Assembly (NCBI RefSeq): GCF_006345805.1
Contig: NC_043006.1
Location: forward strand, 1,178,001 to 1,242,000
DNA from: Octopus sinensis
Lineage: Eukaryota
Direction of reading: 5' to 3'
Length of the DNA stretch: 64,000 bases
Shown here: positions 1 to 12,088 of the stretch, one piece after another
How positions within the stretch are numbered: position 1 is the stretch's first letter
Layout: each line of letters starts with the position of its first letter
Notes under the pieces: model-generated
Seen by the model: only the letters and a program-made list of their open reading frames with translations
What the model was told of the DNA's origin: nothing
Databases searched by the model: none
Position numbers and translations under genes: made by a program

Positions 1-166
1 TGCTAACGTTTCTTATTTCTTTACTGCCCACAAGGGGCTACACACAGAGGGGTCAAACAAGGACAGACAAAGGGATTAAGTCGATTACATCGACCCCCAT
101 GCGTACCTGGTACTTAATTTATCGACCCCGAAAGGATGAAAGGCAAAGTCGACCTCGGCGGAATTT
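1..166 (-). mobile_element. SINE family A (tRNA head, Meta/MESC-like central box), partial copy running into a second tandem unit
   Basis: Minus strand reads aaattccgccgaggtcgactttgcctttcatcctttcggggtcgataaattaagtaccag, shared with copies at 11341-11571, 53983-54400 and 61750-62360. Confidence 0.8.
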
Positions 167-189
167 TAGTTTAGAGAGAGGGGAATAAT

Positions 190-510
190 TTCTGTGAAAA
201 CCTTTTCCTCACTTTAAAAAGTGTCAAGCACAGGTGTCGCTGGAGAGGAGAAAGAAATGGACATCTTGTATGTACATGGCTGGCCGAAGCTTAAAAAGGC
301 ACAAGTAAACAATGAAAGTTGATATTGATACTGAAGTAAATGGCAAAAAGGTCTCTGGAACATTTTGTTCTGTGGTCTGGCCCGGCAGGTGTCCCAGGGC
401 ACCACAGCCTGGATCCGGTCGTCATCCTGCAACTGTGAGTAAATTCAAGTTAAGATGCAAGCCTATGGATATGAGATGCTGGAATGTTCGAACGTTATTA
501 GATAATGCAC
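190..510 (+). mobile_element. RTE-clade LINE 5' fragment (start of AP endonuclease)
   Basis: ORF 312-590 contains MRCWNVRTLLDN, matching the WNVRTL motif at the N-terminus of RTE endonucleases; interrupted by (TA)n. Confidence 0.6.
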
Positions 511-549
<39 letters not shown>

Positions 550-558
550 CTTGTAGAT

Positions 559-596
<38 letters not shown>

Positions 597-608
597 TATA
601 TATATATA

Positions 609-661
<53 letters not shown>

Positions 662-905
662 TGTTGTGCGTGCGCGCGCAAACTTAGCACAGACTGCAAA
701 AGTAAACGAGAAGATGGAGAAAGAAGACTTTTAAATTTGCATTGATTAAGAAATAAATTAATTAATATGTCTTTCTAATTATCTAAATAATTTAGTAAGA
801 ATTCACACACTAACATAATTATATGGAAAAACAAAATTGACAAAAATGAGCCAGGATGAGTCGCTGCAATATTTCGGTTGATTTCAGTGAAGCTATACAA
901 ATACA

Positions 906-1240
906 TAGGAGCAGGAGTGGCTGTGTGGTGACTAGCTTGCTTACCAACCACATGGTTCTGGCTCCGGGTTCAACCTTGTGAATGGATTTGCTAGAAGGAA
1001 ACTGAGAGAAGCCCGTCATATATAGATGTGTGTGTGTGTGTGTGTGCGTGTGTGTGTGTATTTGTCGCCCCAACATCGCTTGACAATCGATGCAAGTGTG
1101 TTTACGTCCCCGTAACTTATCGGTTCGGCAAAAGAGACCGATAGAATAAGTACTAGTATTACAAAGAATAAGTCCTGGGGGTCGATTTGCTCGTATAAAG
1201 GCGATGCTCCAGTATGGCCGCAGTGAAATGACTGAAAAAA
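906..1240 (+). mobile_element. SINE family B (tRNA-derived, CORE-like), internally deleted
   Basis: Head ggagtggctgtgtgg...ccgggttca, internal (GT)n, 3' body ccccgtaactt...cggttcggcaaaagagaccgatagaataagtac; multiple copies in the window. Confidence 0.85.
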
Positions 1241-1882
1241 CTGTTCTAATTATGATATCGCAGATGTTAGCAGAGGCAGTTCCCGTCTTATGTACCCACT
1301 TTTATATTTTCCTTTCATTTATAGATGGTCTCTGTATATTTTCTCTCTTTGAATATATACATGATTTTATGTAAAGGCCTATTGTCAGACAAGTGTAGAA
1401 ACGCATATTATTGCTTAATGAATATTCAAGGACGGCTTTCCAACCGCAAGTTTCTTTCTCTCTCTCTCTCTCTCTATGTGAATATATATGAAAGAAGGTT
1501 TGAAAATGCAATTTTAAAGATATTTATTCACCTGACAGGTTTCACTTTTTTAGAAAAAGATTTTCAAAAGTAAAATGTAAAGCTTTGCATAAGATTTGTT
1601 GTGTTAAGTACTGGTTGTCACAAAAGTATTAATATATATATATACATTCTTTGATAATAATAAGAAAAATGTTAAAAACAGTTTACAAGAAAGTATTTAA
1701 GAAAATATTCAGAACGGGACTACAAAACGTATTATGAGTTCAATAAAAATCATGTTTGTTTGGTAGTATATACATACACACACACCACACACACACACAT
1801 ACGCCAATATTATATATTTACATATATATATAATTATATATATATATATATATCTCCTCTGTGTGTATATATATATATATAT

Positions 1883-2455
1883 ATAATTAATTAATAAGGG
1901 TGAGAGAATAGATACTATTTAATAGTATATTTATTCAACACCAAGTGCCTATTATAAAATATTATAATAATCCAGGTTTCTCGTAGCACTAGGCCACTTG
2001 GGTTGAATAATATACTATTAAATTAGTATCTAATTCTCTCACTTATTAATTAATTATAATTATGCTGCATTTATTTCTAAATGCTGTATTGTTTTCGTGA
2101 AAGTTTGGCGCGCTGTGGTTGGGGCATTTGAATTATAACGTCGGATGTAATCAATTGAACCACACGCGTATTTATCGTTATGGTAAAATCTGGCGTGTGA
2201 TTGAGTGGATTTCATCCAGATAGTCTTGGCTGACGAGCTACAAATGGATTTTTTGTAAGTAATATTACATTTAATTCATTAATAGCGAAACAATTGTCCA
2301 AAATAATCTGTATTTTTGTTATTTTTACTTGCCTGTCCGTGTGAGCTACAGTCGTACTGGCTTTCATGGGAAACATGTATCTTCGTGGTTGAAACCTTTG
2401 GATTAACTGGTGCTAGAGTGAGCAATATATTGACCACTCTCTTATATTTGTTTTA
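1883..2455 (+). mobile_element. ORF-less PLE-terminal-repeat / retrozyme-like element (family G) with inverted end
   Basis: 1883-1950 is an inverted repeat of 1991-2057. Carries an HHR at 2226-2302 and is flanked by (TA)n. Confidence 0.65.
2226..2302 (+). ncRNA. Type I hammerhead ribozyme motif
   Basis: ttgg-CTGACGA-gcta..(aatggatt/aattcatt)..tagc-GAAA-caattg-TC-caaa. Stem III is the palindrome ACAATTGT, the cleavage triplet is GUC, and stem I has one mismatch. Confidence 0.75.
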
Positions 2456-3110
2456 TATATAATATATATATATATATACACACACAGAGGAGATATATTT
2501 AAGAATTTACAAGAAATTGGAGAGGAACATAAACTATCTTTCTGACATTTTCTGTGTTGTGTGTAGCTAAGGAATGTCTGCTACTTTAAGGGACAGTGTT
2601 TGAGGTTGGTTTGTGGGGATGGGGGGAGCAATGTTGAATCAAAAGGATTTTTTTCTTTCTGGGCTAGTCTGTCATTGTTCAGTGGTGTTTGGGACTTGTC
2701 TCAGAGGTCAGAATGGTGTCAGTGTGTGTGTGTCTCTGTGCACGTTTTTATGTGTGTGTGTGTGTGTATATACATGTGCTTGTGTTCGCGTGTGTGGACA
2801 ACTTTTGATTGGTCCCTGAGTTTATTGTGGTATGTGTATATGGGTCTGTGTGTGTTTTATATTTGGTAGGATGATGTGTGTGTGTATATGTGTGCACATT
2901 TATGTGTGTGTGTATGTCTGTGATTAGGATTTGTCAGGGTGTTGTGTGTGCGTATGTGTGTGTATGTGTTTGTTCGCATGCGTGTATGTGTATGTCTGTG
3001 TGTGCGTGTGTATGTTTGTGTGTTTTGTGTTGGTGAGGATGCTATGTGTGTGTACGTGAGTGTGCCTCTGAGTATGTTTGTGTCGTTATAATTGTTCTTG
3101 TGGTGAGTGT

Positions 3111-3235
3111 GGGACTTATTCTTTGTAATCCTAGTTCTTATTCTATCGGTCTATTTTGCCGAACCGCTAAGTTACGGGGACGTAAACACACCACCATCGA
3201 TTGTCAAGCGATGTTGGGGGATAAACACAGACACA
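3111..3235 (-). mobile_element. SINE family B 3' fragment
   Basis: ggacttattctttgtaa...gccgaaccgctaagttacggggacgtaaacacacc matches the other B copies. Confidence 0.8.
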
Positions 3236-3567
3236 CACACATGCACACACACACACACACACACGCACACACACACGCACACACACACTAACACCATTCT
3301 GACATCTAAGACCAATCCCCAAAACCACTGAACCATGACAGACTAGCCCAGAAACAAAAAATCATTTTGATTCAACATTGCTCTTCCTTCCCCCACCAAC
3401 CAACCTCCCACACTGTTCCTTAAAATAGCAAACATTCCTTAGCTATACACAAGACAGAAAATGTCAGAAAGACAGGTCAGTTCCTCTCCAATGTTTTCTA
3501 AATTCTTAAATATATCTCCTTCTGTGTATATATATATATTTGTGTTTTCTTGTTTGGATTAACTATA

Positions 3568-3598
<31 letters not shown>

Positions 3599-4065
3599 CT
3601 ACCAAACAAACATGATCTTTATTAAATAAAATGTGTAAAAGTTTGGCTGGGCTTAAAAGTCATATAACGCATCACATTGCATCAATAATGAATCATTTCA
3701 GTAAGTTTTTCTGTCAATGACTTTTCGCATGTAACGAGGGTACAGCTATGATGTATGTAAATTCTTAACGTATGCAATACGTTTTGTAGTCCCGTTATGA
3801 ATAGTTTTTTAAATACATTCTTGTAAACTGTTTTTAACATTTTCTTATTATTATTATCAAAGAATGTATAACTGTATTTTAATACTTTTGTGACAACCAG
3901 TACTTAACACAACAAAGCTTATACAAAGCTTTACATTTTACTTTTGACAATCTTTTTCTAAAATAGTGAAACCTGTCAGGTGAATAAATATCTTTAAAAT
4001 TGCATTTTCAATCTTCTTTTATGTATATATTTCCTCTCGTGCGGTACCTTACAACTTTACTTTGT

Positions 4066-4154
<89 letters not shown>

Positions 4155-4175
4155 GTGTGTATATATATATATATA

Positions 4176-4580
4176 TACTCTTTACTCTTTACTCTTTTAC
4201 TTGTTTCAGTCATTTGACTGCGGCTATGCTGGAGCACCACCTTTAGTCGAGCAACTCGACACCGGGACCTATTCTTTTGTAAGCCCAGTACTTATTCTAT
4301 CGGTCTCTTTTGCCGAACCGCTAAGTAACGGGGACATAAACACACCAGCATCGGTTGTCAAGCAATGCTAGGGGTACAAACACAGACACACAAACACACA
4401 CACGCATATATATACATATATACGACGGGCTTCTTTCAGTTTCCGTCTACCAAATCCACTCACAAGGCTTTGGTCGGCCCGAGGCTATAGTAGAAGACAC
4501 TTGCCCAAGGTGCCACGCAGTGGGACTGAATCCGGAACCATGTGGTTGGTAAACAAGCTACTTACCACACAGCCACTCCA
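4176..4580 (-). mobile_element. SINE family B, full length
   Basis: Minus strand: ggagtggctgtgtggtaagtagc...ggttccggattcagtcccactgcgtggcaccttgggcaagtgtcttctactatagcc (tRNA head plus CORE-like box), with a (TAAAAGAG)-type tail. Confidence 0.9.
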
Positions 4581-4593
4581 TATTTATATATAT

Positions 4594-4629
<36 letters not shown>

Positions 4630-4822
4630 CGTAAATATACATTTATATATACACTCATATATATATGAGTGTGTATATATGTATATATATATATATGTAT
4701 ATACGCACACACATATATTTGTATGTATATATATATATATTCATGAATACATTCACACAATTATATATACAAGTATATGCGTGTTTATATTTAAATATAA
4801 ACTTATGTATGTTGTGCCAAAA

Positions 4823-5297
4823 TTATTGAGTGAGAGAGCAATGCAAAGTGACACTGGGGTACAAATATACGAACCTCGATACACCCATCATGACTACGTG
4901 TCTGATAAGGGTATACCAGGAACATGCATCAAGACCATGTGTGAGCGACATGGTGATCTCATATCAAGATAAACAGCGCATGGCCTTGCAGGTGGGGCCT
5001 AGTTAGAAGGTTTTTCAGGTCGAATAGCTCATCAGGCTCAAAAGGTCACTGAATAAGGTTTGTTTAAGGATGATAAGCGAAAAGCTCATGTTTCCAGAGG
5101 TGAACTATTTAAACCCCAAAGAATTCCTTTCAATACATGGCTATGATGCTCCCTCACTGCTCTCGGTCGTGATATAAGATGCACATATCGTAAGCCACTA
5201 AGGGACACGCTCAACTGGTTAAGGTCAGACAATTGACAATCAAATCTGTGGTATTGAACAGGATATTTGCTGTAGCGCATCTTTTATACCAAGACAA
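4823..5297 (-). repeat. Unclassified ~520-bp interspersed repeat (family E), truncated copy
   Basis: Collinear with 5454-5997 and reverse complement of 58863-59384. Confidence 0.85.
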
Positions 5298-5374
5298 TCC
5301 CTTACGCAGTGAGGTCGATGTAATCGACTTAACATAACCCCCAAAATTTCAGGCCTTGTGCCTATAGTAGAAAG

Positions 5375-5392
5375 GATTATTATTATTATTAA

Positions 5393-5453
<61 letters not shown>
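5375..5453. repeat. (TTA)n microsatellite joining a SINE tail and a family E tail
   Basis: Direct reading. Confidence 0.95.
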
Positions 5454-5997
5454 GAGTGAGAGAGCAGTGCATGCCATCAAAGTGACACTGGGGTAAAATA
5501 TACGAAGCCCACTATATCCATTATGACTACCCGTCTGATAAGGGTACACTAGGCACATGCATCACAACCATATGTGCGCGATATGGTGACCTCATATCAA
5601 GATAAACAGCACATGACCTTCAAGGTGGGGCCCAGTTAGAATTTTGTTCTGGTCGAGTAGCCCATCCCGCTCAAAAGGTCCCTGAATAAGGGTTGTTTAA
5701 GGATGTTGAACGAAACACCCCTGTTTCCAAAGGTGAATTATTCAAACCCCAAAGAATCCCTCTCAACACATGGCTATGATGCTCCGCCACTACTTCTGCT
5801 CGTGATCAGAGATGCACATATCGTCAGCCACTAAGGGACATGCTCAACTGGTTAAGGTCAAACAACTGACAGGCAAATCTGTGGTATTGAGCAGAATATT
5901 TGCTGTAGGCCATCTTTTATACGAAGACAAAACAATGTACATGATAACACTTCCAATCAGTTAAGATCAGAAGCCATAAGAGCCACTGCCTGGTACT
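5454..5997 (-). repeat. Family E repeat, near full length, bounded by (TTA)n on both sides
   Basis: Minus-strand 3' end ...ctgctctctcactc(AAT)n; the other end abuts tattattatt at ~5997. Confidence 0.85.
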
Positions 5998-6554
5998 ATT
6001 ATTATTATAATCATCATCATCATCATCATCATTTCTTCTTATCAACTGCTGGCCGTTGTCGACGTGTCAGTGTGCCCGCAACGAATTTGATAACCCATCC
6101 AACGAATCTGTCAAATAGAAAACGGAGCAGAAACAAGAAGCACGTTACAAATGACATTATAAGAAGCCAGAGCAACATTGATTACAGCATAAATTACATT
6201 GCCTTGCATAAATTTCATTATTTAGTGTGATTACAGTAATTTAAAATTTGATTATTTATAATATTAAAAACAAAATTCTTCATTTTTGTAATATACAACC
6301 AAATTACATTTTCATCATTGATTAATTATCTTCTGGTATTGATATGATTATGTTTGTCACTATTTCATTAAGTTGTGTGCATCATATATATTTCACACAT
6401 TTCACGTGCTTCCATTTTTGCCATTCTTTGCTTTTAATTTTCTTAATTAGATTGTATACCTGTTATTGATTATAATAATGCACGCACAGACAGACACCGA
6501 CTCACACACACACACACACATACACACATACATACACACACAAAAGTACGCATA

Positions 6555-7140
6555 CCAACGCACATCTTCAGACATATCGATATGTAGTTTTTTCTTATAT
6601 AACCCTAGGAGTCTTGTGAGTTGATTTGGTTCGCAGAAATTGAAAGATTCGTGTCGTTTAGTAAACACAATATAAGTTTTATGTTCTACTATTAGTTTCA
6701 CGTGCTGCGAGCATGCCAGACACAATTTTTTTAACACGTCTGGTGTCCTAGCACAGTCATCAGACACTACCCATATGGCATAACGAACTAAAAGTGGGAC
6801 GATAGGATGACAGAAAAGGCGAGTGAAGGCGAGAGAAGGCGAGAAAAATGTAGATATAAAGAGTAGAAAGTTGAAAAACCAGAAAAGGAAAAAGAAAACA
6901 GAAAGAAACAAAAGGAGTTGGGGTGCTTATTAGAATTATTTTCCCTTAGATCGTAAAATATAAGGCTGAAAAGATAGTAGCTTAGAGTCTGTGATAGAGT
7001 TGTTCAATCCGGAGAGCACTTTCGAATTTTCCCAAAGAACTTAGACATATTCTTACAACAGCTGAAAATTTCAGATCTAGAATTCAGTAGTGTTAAAGTC
7101 CTTAGACCTGAAAACTTTCAACCTATTATATCTACTTCTT
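6555..7140 (-). mobile_element. Degenerate PLE 3' end (endonuclease C-terminus plus terminal repeat)
   Basis: Minus frame NFQLL*...GLNNSITDSKLLSF resembles the PLE 'NF.IL...P.LN....S..L.LF' terminus; HHR-like motif downstream at 6683-6767. Confidence 0.4.
6683..6767 (-). ncRNA. Degenerate type I hammerhead motif
   Basis: Minus: gtgt-CTGATGA-..gtgct..ccagac..gtctgg..agcac..-GAAA-ctaatag-TA-gaac. Stem III is A-cta-a-tag-T; stem I pairs poorly. Confidence 0.5.
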
Positions 7141-7189
7141 TCTTGCCTTTTCTCGATTTTTTCTCATCCTATCGTGTGTGTGTGTGTGT

Positions 7190-7490
7190 ACAGGACGGAC
7201 TTCCATGCAGTTTCCGTCTACTAAATTCACATCGTACTGTACGGCCTTGGGCTATAGCAGAAGACATATGCCAAAGGTGGTCTGCTCTGAGGCGGAAACT
7301 AAAACAAAGCGGATGCAAAACAAGCATTTGAACTGTATATATACTACCTTCAAGAATTTTAGTCGAACCAATCGACTCCAGTACTTCTTTTAAGCAAAGT
7401 ATTTATTCTATCACTCACTTTTGCCCGACCGCTAAGTTACAGGGACGTAAACACAACAAGACTTGTCAAGCGGTGGTGGAGGACAGAGAC
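7190..7490 (-). mobile_element. Two diverged SINE family B fragments
   Basis: tttccgtctactaaattcac..gggctatagcagaagac and accgctaagttacagggacgtaaacacaac. Confidence 0.6.
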
Positions 7491-7560
7491 TGAAAGACAC
7501 AAAAACCACCCACGCGCGCGCGCATGTATGTAGGTATGAGTATATATATGTGTGTGTGTG

Positions 7561-7868
7561 GAGGCGCAATGGTCCAGTTGTTAGGGCAGCGGACACGCGG
7601 TTATGGATCGCAGTTTCGATTCCCAGACCGGGCGTTGTAAGTATTTTTGGGCGAAAACACCTAAAATTCCACAAGGCTCGGGCAGGGGTCTGTGGCGTTC
7701 CCTGCTGTCCTCTTTCGCCACAACTTTCTCTCACTCTTTCTTCTGCTGGCCTGCTCGCTTAGCCAGCGAGGTGGCGTCATTTGAAGGCTAAAACAATGAT
7801 TAGCGCATTGTGACCAGCGATGTGTAACAACATCTGATAGCCTGGTCGGTCACGGTGATCACGGTGAT
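7561..7868 (+). mobile_element. SINE family C (tRNA head), tail type 1
   Basis: ggcgcaatggtccagttgttagggcagcgg..gtttcgattcccagaccggg contains A and B boxes; tail ends gcattgtgaccagcgatgtgtaacaacatctgatagcctggtcggtcacggtgat. Confidence 0.85.
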
Positions 7869-10019
7869 ATATATATTCATATACGTATATATGGATGGAC
7901 TTATGGATGGGTCTACTTATTTTTGTATACGACGATCTTCCGTTTCCACCTACCAAAGCCACCATGACTATAGCAGAAGACAATAGTCCAAGATCCTACA
8001 CTGTGGGACTGAATCTGGAAACATGTGGTTGGAGAGCAAACTTCGTAGGTCACTGCAGGTCTCAGCGAAACCGTGTAAAGAAAATATCCCAAATATGATT
8101 CACATTGTACACCACTGAATGTAACTCAGAAGGTTTCACTATTTTGCTCGGGTAAGGCATGAACTTCAGAAAATCTAGTCACGCCTTCCTTGGAATATAG
8201 GCATAAATCTAGTCTGCAGAAATGAACGCAAATGTTAAAGCATTAATTGTGGCATTCCTTATTTCTATCTTAAATTCATTTATCTTTCTTTTTAATTTCG
8301 AATTCCACTGAAACCTCAATATTTTTGTGTCTCCACAATTCTCGATTTTTTTTCTCTGTTTCGGTTTATCTTCAAGAAAAATTATCTATTTGTTTGCTTT
8401 CTTCTAAATTAAAATTTAATTTGTCAAAATATTTTCGTAGCTTTGAGACAGCGACCTGTTCACAGACAAAATTCCGTGCTGCAGCGACGAAAATATTTTG
8501 GAAAATTAATTTAAATGTTGAAGTGAATCTAACGGTTTTTGTGTCTTTGAATGGCTTATATACACCTTCCATGCTGCAATTGTTTTTGTTTCAGCACACG
8601 ATCTCAGATCAGGTCACTTGCTATGCAAGTACATCTTCATAATTCTAAATTCAACATTTGTTTCAATGTAATTTGAGAATAACAGAGGAAGTGAAAGCGA
8701 ACGATTCTAAAACTTCTGAAAAATACGTCTCTTCTTCGATTTTCACAAAATGTGTGTGTGTGTGTGTGTGTGTGTGCGTGCGTGTGTGTGTGTGCGTGCG
8801 TGTGTGTGTGTGTGTGTGCGTGCGTGTGTGTGTGTGTGTGTGTGTGTAAATCAATAAGTGTATCTCTTGACTGCGTTCGCCAATATCTTTATATTTACGA
8901 TAGCGGAATTTATAAAATGATTCATTTCTGCCGTCTGTAATAACATACATTTCTGTTAGACTTCGACGTATTTTTATTTTATTTTTCATAGGAGATACCT
9001 GACGCTGATTTACTTGGAAAGAAAACGATTGTCGATGAAAGTATGAGATGAATTCATACATGGTTTCACAATTCCAGCGTTTTACAAATCTGGTACTTCA
9101 CTGGTACTTTATTAGCTCATAAGTAATAAAAGGAAATAAAAGGCAAACTGAGTCTTGGCAGGATCTGAACTCAGGGCGTAAAGACCCGCAACATATACCA
9201 GAAGTTAATTTGAAAGACGCTCTAACGACGCTGTTAATAAATTCTGATTTAGGCTGAGGTCCAGCAATTTTAAGGGAGAGTGGTCGATACCACTGGCCCT
9301 GGTGCTTGGCTGGAATTTTATTTTATCGACACCGAAAGGATAAAGGTGAATGTCGATCTTGGCGGGATTTGAACTCATAACTTAAAGAGCCGGAAAGAAT
9401 GCTGCTTGTCATTTTTCGACGACTTATAGCCTCTGCCAACCAACTGCCTTTAGCCTTGTTAGGCAACTGACATAATTTCACCGGCAATGCAGCGTATCCA
9501 TAACAACTAAATGACCAAACTAACCCAGATGTAAATGGCTAGAATAAGGTACTGCATTGTTGACTGATGTTTTATCGACTCCCGAAAAATAAGAGGTATC
9601 CCTAATACTGTACATTTGACGAATATTTCCTTATTTCGAAGAAGTGGTTTTAATTCTTTCCGTTGGTTGATTTTCAAAAGGTGAAATTCACATGGGCTAG
9701 ATTTCCTGCGATAAACTAGCAATAACCAGTGGAACCCCTGAAGTTAAAGAACTCATTAGTTTATCAGTCCTGGTAAAATTTAAATGCAATTAGACACGAT
9801 CAATAGTGACCTTGCAATCCCTTATATGTAAAGGGAACTTTCTAACCGCATAACACTTCCTTCATCCTCCATTAGTGTTAAATTTCAAATAAACTGTTGT
9901 ATAATATTGATATAATTTTTAATTGAATACAAGGATCGATATTTGTAAGGAATGGTAGAGGAGAGCGAATCAACTGAAGTAAGGGCCGATACTTGTTTTA
10001 TGGTTGTCAAGCAGAGTCC

Positions 10020-10220
10020 CCCATCGCCACTTGACAACCCGTGTTGGTGTGTTTACGTGGGCGTAACTTTGCGATTCGGCAACACACATCGATAGAATAA
10101 GTGCCTGGATTAATAAAAAAAAAGTAAGCACCGGAGTTCATTGGTTCGATCGCAGTTCTTTAAAGCAGTGCCCCAACATGGCCGCGGTCGAATGACTGAA
10201 ACAAATAAAAGAAAAAAGAT
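10020..10220 (+). mobile_element. Old SINE family B-like 3' half
   Basis: ttgacaacc..gtttacgt..cgatagaataagt..catggccgc..aatgactgaaacaaataaaag. Confidence 0.6.
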
Positions 10221-10588
10221 AGCAGAGAAATGAAAGCAAAAGTGACAGCAACAATAATTGTAGACGGGTGAAACTATGGTTCTTTATTTTGGCACTAGGG
10301 CCACAACACAGAGGGGTCACTACAAAGGCAAACACAACACCACAGTGGAGACAAAAACATAAAACGAATGAAAATGAAACGTTATATAAAAATGATAAAT
10401 GAAACGGCTGCATGGGCCCCAGTCCCACGCAGTATTATTTGAACGTTTATATAAACTATTTACAATCGTTCTATCATCTTATTGTTTTTATCTTAATCTC
10501 GTTTTTTCCTCTTTTTATTTTTAATTGAGACTATTTTAATTTTTTCCTTCTTTCTTCAATAAAACAATTTTACTTACTTTTTTCCTTT

Positions 10589-11079
10589 TTAATATCTCAT
10601 AAAAGGTTCTAAATCTTTCAGCTCCACTACAGGTGCCAATTCATCGAACTCCACCATCACTCCTGGCGCGTCAATCCCTTCTCCACATATGTCTTTTAGT
10701 CTGTTGTAGGTGTCCTTGTCGACCACGATGGCTTTTTACATTCTCGGAATACACATCCGTGGCCAACTTTACTCTTATATAATATGTTTAAACATTAATA
10801 CTTTCTTTTCAGTTTCTTTGCTTTTTGCGTCACGAAATTCCATCGAAATTTTCCTTTCCTAATTTGTTTTCTCTTTTCCTGCTCCGTTCCTGGTACCTTC
10901 TTTTCTTCCACCACTCTGAACAGTCTCTCCAGTTGCGTTTCTAAATTTCCTCCCTCCACCGGAACAACCGGTGTCTTCACCAATGTCTGTTCCTCATGCA
11001 ACACCTCTTTGAACAGCTCCTCAAGTTCCTTTTCGCTTATTTTATCCACCCCCTTTTCGTCTTCCTTCCTTCTGGTCAA
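10589..11079 (-). pseudogene. Two compact coding-like ORFs (94 aa, and ~50 aa with a stop at codon 2); possibly Polinton/virus-derived
   Basis: ORF 10795-11079 is non-repetitive, charged and has a basic C-terminus. A second frame at 10741-10589 reads M*KAIVVDKDTYNRLKDICGEG...; TATAAG lies ~35 nt upstream of its ATG. Confidence 0.4.
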
Positions 11080-11099
11080 ACATCCCTGAAAGTTTCATC

Positions 11100-11195
11100 C
11101 GGCGGTTCTTGACATATCTTGTCCATATACAAACAAAGAAACATGACTGAAACAATACCTCCGCCTTCGCTAAGGCGAAGATAACAAGAACAGAT
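11100..11195 (+). mobile_element. Helentron/HINE-like terminal fragment
   Basis: aatacctccgccttcgctaaggcg: hairpin cgcctt/aaggcg in a tacctccgcc context; family call from memory. Confidence 0.35.
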
Positions 11196-11340
11196 AAAAT
11201 AGAATCAGTTATCATTAATCTTCACAATGGTATCAAGTACTCTTTTTCCCGAGAGTTCACACTGGAGACATACATACATACATACACATGTATACATATG
11301 TGTACATATCTATCTATCTATCTATATAAATATATTTTTT

Positions 11341-11571
11341 CTTTTCTTTACTACCCACAAGGAGCTAAACATAGAGGGGACAAACAAGGACAGACAAAGG
11401 GATTAAGTCGATTACATCGACCTCAGTGCGTAACTGGCACTTAATTTATCGACCCCAAAGGGATTAAAGGCAAAGTCGACCTCGGCGGAATTTGAACTCG
11501 GAACGTAACGACTGACGAAATACGGCTACGCATTTCGCCCGGCGTGCTAACGTTTCTGCCAGCTAGCCGCC
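11341..11571 (-). mobile_element. SINE family A, full length
   Basis: Minus: ggcggctagctggcagaaacgttagcacgccgggcg...gagttcaaattccgccgaggtcgactttgcc. Confidence 0.9.
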
Positions 11572-11647
11572 TTTATCTCTCTCCTCTCTTATCTCTCTCT
11601 CTCTCTCTCTCTCTCTCGCTCTATATACATATATATATATCTGTATA

Positions 11648-11736
<89 letters not shown>

Positions 11737-11757
11737 TATATATATATATGTATATAT

Positions 11758-12088
11758 AGTGAATGCGCATGGCTCAGTTGGTTAGAGCGTCGATTGTACT
11801 CGTGTGTTGTGAGCTCGAATCCCGGACCGGGCTGCGTGTTGTGTTCTTGCAAGACACTTTTTTCACGTTGCTCCCAGTTCACTCAGCTGTAAAATGAGTT
11901 TGCGACGTCCACGTGCCAATCTGTATCGACCTTTGTCTTTCCCTTGGATACACTGGTGGGCGTGGAGATGTGGAGGCCGGTATGCATGGGCGACTACTGG
12001 TCTTCCATAAAATAACCTTGGCCCAACTGTGCCTCGAGGGTACTCTCTAGGTGCAAACCCATGTCACTCAGACCGAAGGGGGTCTTTT
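11758..12088 (+). mobile_element. SINE family D (tRNA head plus CORE-like box)
   Basis: gcgcatggctcagttggttagagcgtc..gagctcgaatcccgg (A and B boxes), then gcaagacact..cactcagctgtaaaatgag. Confidence 0.75.

Larger units (their letters stand above)
1479..4030. repeat. ~2.5-kb imperfect fold-back (long inverted repeat)
   Basis: 1479-1770 is the reverse complement of 3595-4030 (left copy lacks ~150 bp). 2484-2722 is the reverse complement of 3287-3527. The core is GT-rich on the left and CA-rich on the right. Confidence 0.85.

Noticed and set aside
3940-3995. GAAA-cctgtcagg-T hairpin in the fold-back arm as a hammerhead
   Set aside because: No CUGANGA upstream, and the base after U is G.
8372-8572. 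Possible maT/mariner HTH fragment
   Set aside because: Resemblance too weak; no catalytic motifs or TIRs found.
7561-12088. tRNA genes suggested by A/B boxes
   Set aside because: The boxes run into SINE bodies and no complete cloverleaf is evident.
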